Shown here: positions 51,747 to 60,052 of the stretch, piece after piece
Position numbering within the stretch: position 1 is the first letter of the stretch
How the letters are laid out: every line of letters begins with the position of its first letter
Source: a virus
Virus record (IMG/VR): IMGVR_UViG_3300045988_114753
Reading direction: 5' to 3' (one strand)
DNA: 64,000 nt
The notes under the pieces: generated by a model
What the model was told of the DNA's origin: nothing
Databases searched by the model: none
The model's input: the letters and a program-made list of their open reading frames with translations, nothing else
Program-made: the position numbers and the translations under genes

Positions 51747-53011
51747 TGGCTAATTATAGTATAAAAGCTCTAGCAGACCAAACAAATAATGTTTTATGGA
51801 GTCAATATGGCGAAGTCTTACGTTTAGTAGATAGCTCTAGTATTAGTATGAGTTATTTAACAGATGTGTTGAAAAGACCAACTATAAAACCTCGTTTTAG
51901 ATTATTTGTTCTTAATCCTGATGAGACTATCAATTATGAAATTCCAGAAGAAGATATTATTATTAATTCTGGTAATTTTACAGAGAATTATCAGAATGGT
52001 CAAAGGAAGAGTGTAAACATAAATTTAATAAATATTGACGGAAAATATACGCCCAGCATTAATACAATATGGGTTCACGATAGATTTCGTTTTGATATAG
52101 GAGTAGAGTTTGATGGTCAGGTTTATTGGTTCCCAAGAGGTATTTATATCTTAGGTAATCCGAGTGCAGACCATCAAGACTCTGACAAACAAGTCAGTTT
52201 AACTTTGGTAGACAAATTTGCTGTATTAGAAGGTAAGGCTGGTACTTTAGAGGCAACTTATGAAATTCCTGTAGACTCAGATATTGAACAAGCTATTATG
52301 GGGATTTTAACGTTAGATAATGGGTCTGGTTATCCAATTGATTTAAAGCCTATTATTTATGATAGGGCTTTTAAAGGTTTGAAGATGCCATATACATTAT
52401 CTAAAGATGCAGGAAGCACATTAGGAGAAATGCTTTTAGAAATTGGTACTATCTTAAATGCAGAGGTTTATTATAATTCGCAAGGAAATTTGTGTTTTAT
52501 TAATATTAATGAGACGACGCTGGATGTCCAAAAAGCATCGTTATGGGATTATTCTGATGAAGATAGAAATTATGGTAGTGCTACTGCTAATTACGATTTT
52601 GAGAATGCCGTAAATGAGGTACACGTTGTTGGAGATAATATTAACAACGAGATATTTTCGGCAATGGCAAAAAATGAAAATCCAGTATCTCCATTATGTA
52701 TACAACGTATTGGTCGTCGTATTGAATATATCAACGACAGTAACATATATAGTGATGATTTAGCACAACAACGTGCCAATTATGAATTAAGAAAATTTGG
52801 TATCTTGAAAACTACTATGAATATTCAAGTATCTTTTAATCCACTTTTATTTGTTAATAATTTGGTAACAATTACTGATAAATACTATAATTTGGCAAGA
52901 GAAAGGTTTCTAATTCAATCAATATCATATACTATCGGTAATGAGTCACAAATGACCATAAGTTGTTCTAATATTGTCAACTTTAACCAGTACGCAAGTG
53001 GGGTGATGTAA
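51746..53011 (+). CDS. tail/baseplate structural protein (421 aa)
   Basis: ATG overlaps the previous stop; position only. Confidence 0.5.
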   Translation: MANYSIKALADQTNNVLWSQYGEVLRLVDSSSISMSYLTDVLKRPTIKPRFRLFVLNPDETINYEIPEEDIIINSGNFTENYQNGQRKSVNINLINIDGKYTPSINTIWVHDRFRFDIGVEFDGQVYWFPRGIYILGNPSADHQDSDKQVSLTLVDKFAVLEGKAGTLEATYEIPVDSDIEQAIMGILTLDNGSGYPIDLKPIIYDRAFKGLKMPYTLSKDAGSTLGEMLLEIGTILNAEVYYNSQGNLCFININETTLDVQKASLWDYSDEDRNYGSATANYDFENAVNEVHVVGDNINNEIFSAMAKNENPVSPLCIQRIGRRIEYINDSNIYSDDLAQQRANYELRKFGILKTTMNIQVSFNPLLFVNNLVTITDKYYNLARERFLIQSISYTIGNESQMTISCSNIVNFNQYASGVM

Positions 53012-53012
53012 C

Positions 53013-53384
53013 GTGGATTTTGACGTAAAACAAATTGCTGAATTTAAGAAAGTAATAGAAGACATTGTAGACGCTCGTTTGAAGAGTTATGGTATTACTT
53101 CTTTTGTGGCAGCTGTTGTAACTAAGGTTAATGACGATGGTACAGTCAACGTTACTATACCACCTGATAATAGCAGATTTGTAAATAATGTATTAAATAA
53201 AAGTAATGAGTCGTTATCTACTGGCGACTCTGTTGAACTATGTACTAAAAATGGTAGATTATCCAATGCTTGGGTAGCTATCAAACACGGTAAAAGTGTA
53301 TCTGGTGGTTCGCTAGAAGACCGTGTAAAGTACCTTGAAGATAATGCTCTTATCTTCGTAAAAACAGGAGAATATAACGGATAA
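53013..53384 (+). CDS. small baseplate-region protein (123 aa), possibly an OB-fold spike-like protein
   Basis: GTG start after GGGGTGA. VTKVNDDGTVNVTIPPD...GDSVEL...NAWVAI loosely resembles gpV/gp5-type OB folds. Weak. Confidence 0.4.
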   Translation: MDFDVKQIAEFKKVIEDIVDARLKSYGITSFVAAVVTKVNDDGTVNVTIPPDNSRFVNNVLNKSNESLSTGDSVELCTKNGRLSNAWVAIKHGKSVSGGSLEDRVKYLEDNALIFVKTGEYNG

Positions 53385-53399
53385 AAGGAGTGAATTAAT

Positions 53400-53489
53400 A
53401 TGAGAAATTACTCGATTAGGGGGGGCGACACATCAATAAGATTGTTGTGCCCTCTAACTTTCAAGAGAAAGGAGGTATGTTATAGTTAA
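53400..53489 (+). CDS. 29-codon leader-like ORF carrying a G7 tract (remnant cassette 0)
   Basis: The only unit in the array with an SD (AAAGGAG, 9 nt upstream). MRNYSIRGGDTS... with G7 at 53419-53425, analogous to the Y-E-G-G-G position of the cassettes. Its stop lies in the loop of the following terminator. Confidence 0.4.
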   Translation: MRNYSIRGGDTSIRLLCPLTFKRKEVCYS

Positions 53490-53503
53490 TATACCTCTTT
53501 TTG
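53471..53503 (+). terminator. intrinsic terminator between the baseplate genes and the collar-cassette array
   Basis: GGAGGTAT-12 nt-ATACCTCT followed by TTTTT. Confidence 0.6.
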
Positions 53504-53528
53504 GTATAACAATCTTTGCGATTTTTTT

Positions 53529-54016
53529 ATGAATAAAGGCAAAACATATGTAAAAAATAGTCCCGTCCTTATAAATGCAAGTTCAATATTGTATGAGGGG
53601 GGGGCAAGACGCTTGATAAACTCTTTGATTTAGTTTATCCAGTTGGCAGTGTCTATATGAGCACGAACTCCACAAGTCCAGAAACACTTTTCGGGGGTAG
53701 TTGGACTAAGATAGAAGGTAGGTTTTTATGGGCAACTATAAATACACCAATGACCACAGGCGGCAGTTTTTCACATAAACATTATGCGGGCTCTTTAGTG
53801 GCTTGCTATGACCCTAAAAATAGTTGGAATAATGCTTCGTTTAGAGTTAAAGATGTAGATGGAGGATGGACTTTAAGTGGGTATATGGGTGAAAGTAGAA
53901 GTTGGGCAGATGGTGGTGGGGCTGCTGGTAGAGGAATAGAAGTAATTGGATATACATCAGATGACTGGACACTCCCACCATACTTTGAAGTATATATGTG
54001 GTATAGAACTGCTTAA
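53529..54016 (+). CDS. tail-collar-domain cassette 1, frame broken at G8 (53597-53604)
   Basis: Leader MNKGKTYVKNSPVLINASSILYEGG stops at 53631-53633. The body (track ORF 53657..54016) continues upstream in the -1 frame as GGGKTLDKLFDLVYPVGSVYMS. G9 or G6 would fuse them. Confidence 0.6.
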
Positions 54017-54032
54017 TAATGCGTCGAATTTT

Positions 54033-54499
54033 ATGATGGATTATGGAAAAATTTATTGTAAAGGTAAAAATGTCAATCTAAATGCTTCTCAATCTTATTA
54101 CGAGGGGGGGGCAGGACGTTAGCTGACTTATTGGATTTAGTATATCCAATCGGTTCCATTTATATGAATACTAATAATGTCAATCCCCAATCTATATTTG
54201 GTGGTGTTTGGCAAAAAATTGAAGGTAGGTTTTTACTAGGTTCTAGTGGCAATTATATTTTAGGGTTACTCGGAGGAGAAGCCACACATACTTTGACTGT
54301 AAGTGAAATGCCGAAGCACAAGCCTTCAATATTATTAAACACACAAGATAGTTATACTAGTGGTTCTGCTGCAAATTGGCAGGTAGTAACTAATGGTAGG
54401 TATTATGCTGGTGATATGTTTTTGGAAATTGGTGGTAGCCAAGCTCATAATAATATGCCACCTTATTTAGTAGTCAATATTTGGAAGCGAACAGCATAG
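54033..54499 (+). CDS. tail-collar-domain cassette 2, frame broken at G8 (54104-54111)
   Basis: Leader MMDYGKIYCKGKNVNLNASQSYYEGG. Body in the -1 frame: GGGRTLADLLDLVYPIGSIY...GGEATHTLTVSEMPKHK...GGSQAHNNMPPYLVVNIWKRTA. G9 or G6 restores the frame. Confidence 0.65.
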
Positions 54500-54508
54500 T
54501 CCGATTTT

Positions 54509-54946
54509 ATGACTAAACCTTATGGAAGAATTTATAAAAATAAAACAAACGTTTCTATAGATGCATTGGACTTATATAATGTATGGCCAGTTGGTTCGAT
54601 ATATATATCTGTCAATAATACGAACCCATCTACATATTTTGGTGGAACTTGGGTAAGTTTTGGTGCTGGCAGATGTTTAGTTGGTGTAGATACATCACAA
54701 ACAGAATTTAATACAGTACAAAAGACTGGTGGAGAAAAAAGACATACATTAACAGTAAATGAAATGCCAAGTCACAATCATCATTTTTTTAGAGGAACAG
54801 ATGGTACAAATTATTTTGGGGTTACTGGTAAGGAACCTAATGGTGGTAGCCCATATCAAGTTGATACAAGCTCTGCTGGTGGCGGTCAATCGCATAACAA
54901 CTTACAACCATACATAACAGTCTATATGTGGAAACGTACAGCTTAA
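54509..54946 (+). CDS. tail-collar-domain cassette 3 (intact, no poly-G)
   Basis: 145 aa. WPVGSIY, NPSTYFGGTW, GGEKRHTLTVNEMPSHNH and GGGQSHNNLQPYITVYMWKRTA, the COG4675/Pfam Collar pattern. No SD. Confidence 0.75.
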   Translation: MTKPYGRIYKNKTNVSIDALDLYNVWPVGSIYISVNNTNPSTYFGGTWVSFGAGRCLVGVDTSQTEFNTVQKTGGEKRHTLTVNEMPSHNHHFFRGTDGTNYFGVTGKEPNGGSPYQVDTSSAGGGQSHNNLQPYITVYMWKRTA

Positions 54947-54974
54947 AGCAAAGATTAAACTATAACGTAATATT

Positions 54975-55521
54975 ATGGATTACGGTACAATTAAACACAA
55001 AAATAATAATACGCAACTTCTTTCTCAATCAATCTTACATCAGTATGAGGGGGGGGCAGCGTAGTCTAAATTTAATTCTTGATAACATATATCATATAGG
55101 AAGTATATATATATCAGTAAACGCTATTAATCCCTCTGAATATTTTGGAGGGGTATGGGAACAATTTGCTCAAGGTAAAACTTTATTTGGTGTCGATAGT
55201 ACACAGACAGATTTTAATACTACATTAAAAACTGGTGGGAGTATGACACACCAACATTTTTATAGGATTGGTTATAGACCATATTATGGGGCACTTACTG
55301 GTGGTGATAGTGAAGCTATAATGGCGTATAATTATGGCACACAGTCTTGGTCAAAAGGTACCAAAGATGCTGGAATAGGAGCGAGTCCAGTTAGAAATAA
55401 AGGATTAACAGCCAGCTATAACGAAATTGATGCGGCAAGATATAGTGTTGGGGCTTATACTCAATATACAAGCACGCTTCCTCCTTATATAGTGGTTTAT
55501 ATGTGGAAAAGAATTAGTTAG
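54975..55521 (+). CDS. tail-collar-domain cassette 4, frame broken at G8 (55049-55056)
   Basis: Leader MDYGTIKHKNNNTQLLSQSILHQYEGG stops at 55062-55064. Body in the +1 frame: (M)RGGQRSLNLILDNIYHIGSIY. G7 or G10 fuses them. The ATG embedded at 55045 is in the body frame. Confidence 0.65.
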
Positions 55522-55535
55522 ACGTAGCGAATATT

Positions 55536-55986
55536 ATGAAAAATATTGGCGATATAAAAAATAAAAATATAGATGCTCTCTTAAACTCAAAGAATATTTA
55601 CTATGAGGGGGGGCAAGACTTTAAATAATATAATTTACCCGATAGGTTCGGTCGTTATAAGAGTTGACAGCCAAAACCCTTCATACTGGTATGGGGGAAC
55701 TTGGGAACTATTATGTCCAGGTAGAACGATGGTGTGTATTGACACCAATGATAGCGATTTTAATGTTATTAAGAAAACTGGAGGTAGTAAATACCTACAA
55801 AAACATCATCACGGTATTCCACAGGCTCATCCTTGGAATAACAAGACTAGTAACCACTGGAGTTTGTTAAGAACTCAAACTGAGTATGTCACTGAATATA
55901 ATGTGGATACTAGTGATACTGGAGATGGTAATAGTGGAAACTTGCAACCTTATATGGTCGTTTATATTTGGGTAAGAACAAAATAA
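55536..55986 (+). CDS. tail-collar-domain cassette 5, frame broken at G7 (55607-55613)
   Basis: Leader MKNIGDIKNKNIDALLNSKNIYYEGG stops at 55626-55628. Body in the +1 frame (track ORF 55603..55986, MRGGKTLNNIIYPIGS). G6 or G9 fuses them. Confidence 0.65.
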
Positions 55987-56001
55987 TTTAAAGTCGTATT
56001 T

Positions 56002-56521
56002 ATGAATAAAGGAAATACTTATAATAAAAATCAACAAGCTCTCATAACTTGTAACAATATACTTTACGAGGGGGGGGGCAACGTTAGATAGGATTTTATA
56101 TCCTGTCGGAAGTATTTATATGAGTGTTAACTCAACAAACCCTAGTCAATTATTTGGCGGCACGTGGCAAGAAATAACTGGTAGATTTTTGTATTGTACT
56201 AATAATAGTAAAGAACTTGGTGGTAGCAATACGACTGGAAGTACTGTGCTGGATGTCAGCCAAATACCAGGTCATCAACATATGGGAAGGAACTACTCTA
56301 ATAACTGGAATGCTGGAATATCTATACCACCTGGTAGGTCTTATGCTAAAAATTACGCTGGAGGTAATGGTCAATGGGCTTATAGTGCTGACCAATGGAT
56401 AGGTGGTAGTGAGATAAATGAAATGGTTGAAACAGGATTTACAGGTGGAGGTCAAGGACATACACACCCACAAAATTTACCACCATATTTTACAGTTTAT
56501 TGTTGGTATAGAGTGAGTTAA
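56002..56521 (+). CDS. tail-collar-domain cassette 6, frame broken at G9 (56070-56078)
   Basis: Leader MNKGNTYNKNQQALITCNNILYEGGG stops at 56089-56091. Body in the +1 frame: ATLDRILYPVGSIYMSVNSTNPSQLFGGTW. G8 fuses them. Confidence 0.65.
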
Positions 56522-56549
56522 TAATAAATACAAATAACGTAAAAGAATT

Positions 56550-57040
56550 ATGACTAATTATGGAAAAACAAAAGTTAAAGATTTACCTGTCTTAATCTCA
56601 GACAAAAGCATCTTTTGTGAGGGGGGGGCAGGTTATTAAGTGATATTATTTATCCAGTAGGGTCTATTTATATTAGTGTAAATTCTACCAATCCTAGCGT
56701 TTATTTTGGTGGTAGTTGGGAGCAAATAAAAGATAGATTTTTGCTTGCTTGTGGTGACACTTATAATAATGGTATTTTTGGAGGAGAGGCAAAACATAAA
56801 TTAACAGTAAATGAAATGCCAAGTCATAGCCACGATATGGATGAGGAGTCTTATGGTGGTGGAGGCTACAAAAATAAAATGGGTATTCGACAAGATGGTG
56901 GTGGTTCAAGCCATTGGACTCCTCAATATGCACAAACAACAAGTTATTCTACATATAAACCAACATATACAGGCGGTGGTCAAGCTCATAATAATATGCC
57001 TCCATACTTTACGGTATATATATGGAAAAGAACTGGGTAA
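56550..57040 (+). CDS. tail-collar-domain cassette 7, frame broken at G8 (56621-56628)
   Basis: Leader MTNYGKTKVKDLPVLISDKSIFCEGG stops at 56637-56639. The body frame is open from 56627: GRLLSDIIYPVGSIYISVNSTNPSVYFGGSW...EMPSHSH...GGGQAHNNMPPYFTVYIWKRTG. G9 fuses them. The track shows only the 3' part (56741..57040). Confidence 0.65.
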
Positions 57041-57058
57041 TATCACAAAACCGATTTT

Positions 57059-57544
57059 ATGGCAAAATCATATGGAAAAATTTATCAACATAAGAACAAC
57101 GTTTCAATTACACCTACAGATGTGTACAATTTATATCCTGTAGGCTCAATATATCTATCAGTTAATAATACCAACCCTTCCGAATACTTTGGAGGCATCT
57201 GGGAAAAGGTTTCTGGTGGATATATTTATTGTGCAAGTACATCTTTAGAGAAAACTAATTATTATGGCTGGGGTACTCAAAGTCATACACTAAATGTTGA
57301 CCAAATACCAAAGCACGGACATTGGGTTTTAGCACTAAATAAGAACCCTAATGGTTATAATTACAGTTTCAATATGGACTATGACTCACCAGGTGCTAAA
57401 TGTGCAGTAGATTATTCGACTACATACAATATTGATGAACGTGGCTGGGGAAATAGTGTTGGAATGCAAATGACTGGAGGAAATCAAGGGCATACTCACA
57501 ATATAGCTACTATAGATGTATTTATGTGGAAACGTGTTGCTTAG
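57059..57544 (+). CDS. tail-collar-domain cassette 8 (intact, no poly-G)
   Basis: 161 aa. MAKSYGKIYQHKNNVSITPTDVYNLYPVGSIYLSVNNTNPSEYFGGIW...GGNQGHTH...VFMWKRVA. No SD. Confidence 0.7.
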   Translation: MAKSYGKIYQHKNNVSITPTDVYNLYPVGSIYLSVNNTNPSEYFGGIWEKVSGGYIYCASTSLEKTNYYGWGTQSHTLNVDQIPKHGHWVLALNKNPNGYNYSFNMDYDSPGAKCAVDYSTTYNIDERGWGNSVGMQMTGGNQGHTHNIATIDVFMWKRVA

Positions 57545-57558
57545 AAAGAAGGGATAAA

Positions 57559-57975
57559 ATGGCTTTATATAAAGAAATCGTCGAAGATAATGGTGTTGTG
57601 TCAAAATATTTTAGAATTTCTAATATATCATTTAATATTGACAGCAAAAATATTTCTGTTGGTGTTAAAGAATATGCAGACAGCATTTATCGTGACAAAG
57701 AAAAGAAAATAAGAAAAATACAAGAAGATATTAATAACAGACAATCTGAAATAAATATTCTTAATGAAGATTATAGAAATAACGAAGAAGAAATATTGAA
57801 ACAAAACAAAGAAATGGCTGTTTTAGTAAATGAATTAAATGAATTAAATACTAAAAATTATTCTGTAGGTGAGAAACAGTATAATTTCGATTTTGAAGAT
57901 AAAGATTATTCTATGTCAGATTGTTATAATTTATTAAAAGAATTAGATGTATTTGAAGATAGTGTTGATGTTTAA
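57559..57975 (+). CDS. coiled-coil protein (138 aa from ATG 57559)
   Basis: ATG follows GAAGGGA. The track start at 57526 overlaps cassette 8. Confidence 0.55.
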   Translation: MALYKEIVEDNGVVSKYFRISNISFNIDSKNISVGVKEYADSIYRDKEKKIRKIQEDINNRQSEINILNEDYRNNEEEILKQNKEMAVLVNELNELNTKNYSVGEKQYNFDFEDKDYSMSDCYNLLKELDVFEDSVDV

Positions 57976-57989
57976 AAGGAGGGATATTT

Positions 57990-58388
57990 ATGGCTCAACA
58001 AACATTAAATAATGGTGTGTCTGGTAAAGTCTTTAGAGATATTTTAAATCAAAATTTTACAGACCTTTACACAAATAAAGCACCAAAAAATCACGCTTCT
58101 ACGACAACTGATTACGGTGTAGCAACTGGTACAAATTACGGTCACATTAAAGTCACAACTGGTAATGGTTTAAATCTTACAAGTGGAACCTTATCATTAG
58201 CGGCAGCTACTACATCTGATGCTACGGCTGGTACAGCTACAAATATGGTTATGACACCAGCAAGAGTAAAAGACGCCGTTAATGCTTACGGTGTAATGAG
58301 TGATGGAAATACAATTATTAAAGTTGGGGGGACACAACCAACAGCACAAACAGGTAAAACAATAATTTGGATTAATACTGCAAGTTAG
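57990..58388 (+). CDS. tail-fibre-like protein (132 aa, Thr/Ala/Gly-rich)
   Basis: AAGGAGGG SD. N-terminus LNNGVSGKVFRDILNQNFTDLY is reminiscent of fibre N-termini. Weak. Confidence 0.4.
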   Translation: MAQQTLNNGVSGKVFRDILNQNFTDLYTNKAPKNHASTTTDYGVATGTNYGHIKVTTGNGLNLTSGTLSLAAATTSDATAGTATNMVMTPARVKDAVNAYGVMSDGNTIIKVGGTQPTAQTGKTIIWINTAS

Positions 58389-58401
58389 GAGGTGTAGATA
58401 G

Positions 58402-59514
58402 ATGGCTTGGATAAGTGAGGCTAATTCCAGTAGTTATGTAAATGTAGCTACCAATGTTGGTGCAGACATAAGAAATGTATCAAGAAATGGTACATCTGTT
58501 TATTTTGAGTATAGAGCATATATTTATCAGAGTACTTCCACTTGGTCTAGTAATACCTGGGCTTTATGGGTAGAAGGAAATAGAAATGTAGTAAAAGATA
58601 GTGGTACACATTCTAGCCAAGGAACCAAATATTATACAGGTTGGTATGGAAAAACAGTCAGTTTAGGAACTGGTTCTAGTTATACAGAAGTTAGTGTTGG
58701 GGTGGCAGGTAAAAACTATGCGGCATCCAGTCCAAATGGTTATGTTACTTTAGGAGTACATGATTTACCAACTGTTGGGAAACCATCATTAAGTAATATC
58801 AGTGTAGGAGCGGTTGGAGACAAATCAGTTTATGCTTCGTTTTATGTTACCAATAATAATAACCAAGCTCCATATAGCCCGTATATTGATGTGTCGGCGT
58901 CTAATTTTGGTGCTGCTGTATCTACAATTAATGCTAGAGCGGGTACTTTAAGTGGGTTAGACCCTAACAGAACATATTATGTTCGAGGAAACGATGCTAA
59001 TGATGCTGGTAGAAGCTATACTAATGTTGCAAGTTTCACAACTTCTTACACTAATCCTGGTGCACCAGGTAAGCCAGTATTGAGTTACGACCAAACAGAG
59101 CCTATTCCAAAAGCAAAATTAACAGCTTCTTGGATTGCAGCATCTGCTGGTTCTACTGCGATTGCTGGTTATAGAATAAGACTATATAAGAATGGCACTG
59201 AAGTTACACTGATAGATACAGAAAACACTGGTATTTCATACACATTCGACTCTTTTGAGAGTTATGGGTTTGTACCAGGAGATGTCGCTCAAGTGGGCAT
59301 TTATTCTTATTCAAAAGACTGGGCTGGTAATAAACATTTTAATGGTGGCGGAAGTGGTAGTGCACAAGTCTATAGTAATACTTTAACTATTATTTCTGAC
59401 AAATTTATTTATGCTTCAGTAAATGGTGGAGCATTTGATAAATACAAGATGTATGTCAGTCAAGATGGCGGTTCGTTCGTAGAAGTAAAAAAAGAAAAGT
59501 TTAAGGTTATTTAG
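58402..59514 (+). CDS. tail protein with fibronectin type III-like domains
   Basis: GKPSLSNISVGAVGDKSVYASFYV...LSGLDPNRTYYVRGNDANDAGRSYTNVASFTT fits the FN3 pattern. A second similar unit follows (GKPVLSYD...IAGYRIRLYKNG). Confidence 0.5.
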   Translation: MAWISEANSSSYVNVATNVGADIRNVSRNGTSVYFEYRAYIYQSTSTWSSNTWALWVEGNRNVVKDSGTHSSQGTKYYTGWYGKTVSLGTGSSYTEVSVGVAGKNYAASSPNGYVTLGVHDLPTVGKPSLSNISVGAVGDKSVYASFYVTNNNNQAPYSPYIDVSASNFGAAVSTINARAGTLSGLDPNRTYYVRGNDANDAGRSYTNVASFTTSYTNPGAPGKPVLSYDQTEPIPKAKLTASWIAASAGSTAIAGYRIRLYKNGTEVTLIDTENTGISYTFDSFESYGFVPGDVAQVGIYSYSKDWAGNKHFNGGGSGSAQVYSNTLTIISDKFIYASVNGGAFDKYKMYVSQDGGSFVEVKKEKFKVI

Positions 59515-59531
59515 TGAAGGAGGTAATTAGT

Positions 59532-59894
59532 ATGCCAGAATGTATTACAGTTGTATTGTCTTTAGTTTGTTTAATGATTGCCAATATTATTATGGGTAAA
59601 AAATTAGCAGATTTTAAACAAGAATACAACAAGGAAAAGTTAGTGGGAGGTATTAGTAAAGCTGCCTTCTTTTTAATTGGGTTGGCTTTAACATATAGTT
59701 CTACATTAATTTATCCAATGGAAGTTGCTGAAGTTAACGGTCAAATGGTAACAACTTTAACAGGTGCTACTATTTTGATTAAGGCTGCAAATTTGGTTTA
59801 TGCTGGTAAAGTCTTAATGAAGATTAAGGATTTATTAGTTGTAAACGTTCCTGTCAATTCTTTAACAGGAACTAATAAAGATGACGAAAAATAA
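59532..59894 (+). CDS. holin
   Basis: 120 aa with three hydrophobic segments (CITVVLSLVCLMIANIIMG, AAFFLIGLALTYSSTLIY, LTGATILIKAANLVYAG) and a charged C-terminus. Lies just upstream of the endolysin. Confidence 0.65.
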   Translation: MPECITVVLSLVCLMIANIIMGKKLADFKQEYNKEKLVGGISKAAFFLIGLALTYSSTLIYPMEVAEVNGQMVTTLTGATILIKAANLVYAGKVLMKIKDLLVVNVPVNSLTGTNKDDEK

Positions 59895-59907
59895 GGAGGA
59901 ATGTCAA

Positions 59908-60051
59908 ATGTCAAAGAAAGAAAATATTGAAGAAGTAGTTGAAAATGTTGAAGAAGTAGAAGTTCAAACAGTTTTCAATGAGGACGGATTAGATGTGCTT
60001 TGTACAGAGGACACAATAGTAGAAAATATTAATGCAGAGGAGGGTGAATAA
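59908..60051 (+). CDS. small acidic protein (47 aa), below ORF-track cutoff
   Basis: AAGGAGGA SD 7 nt upstream. MSKKENIEEVVENVEEVEVQTVFNEDGLDVLCTEDTIVENINAEEGE. Fills the holin-endolysin gap. Confidence 0.45.
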   Translation: MSKKENIEEVVENVEEVEVQTVFNEDGLDVLCTEDTIVENINAEEGE

Positions 60052-60052
60052 T

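Noticed and set aside
44994-53284. Nested or antisense ORFs in tail genes (44994..45179, 45808..46002, 49215..49445, 49322..49525, 50654..50875, 52591..52779, 53087..53284)
   Set aside because: They sit inside or antisense to long, well-supported structural genes. No independent signals.
54928-55044. Upstream extension of track ORF 54928..55521 (METYSLKQRLNYNVILW...)
   Set aside because: It starts inside cassette 3, has no SD, and reads the cassette-4 leader in the wrong frame. The conserved leader MDYGTIKHK... (ATG 54975) is in another frame.
55664-57604. Overlapping or antisense ORFs in the cassette array (55664..55870, 56150..56473, 56217..56402, 56694..56942, 56811..57143, 57386..57604)
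   Set aside because: They lack the conserved collar motifs, which appear in only one frame per cassette. They also lack SD sites.
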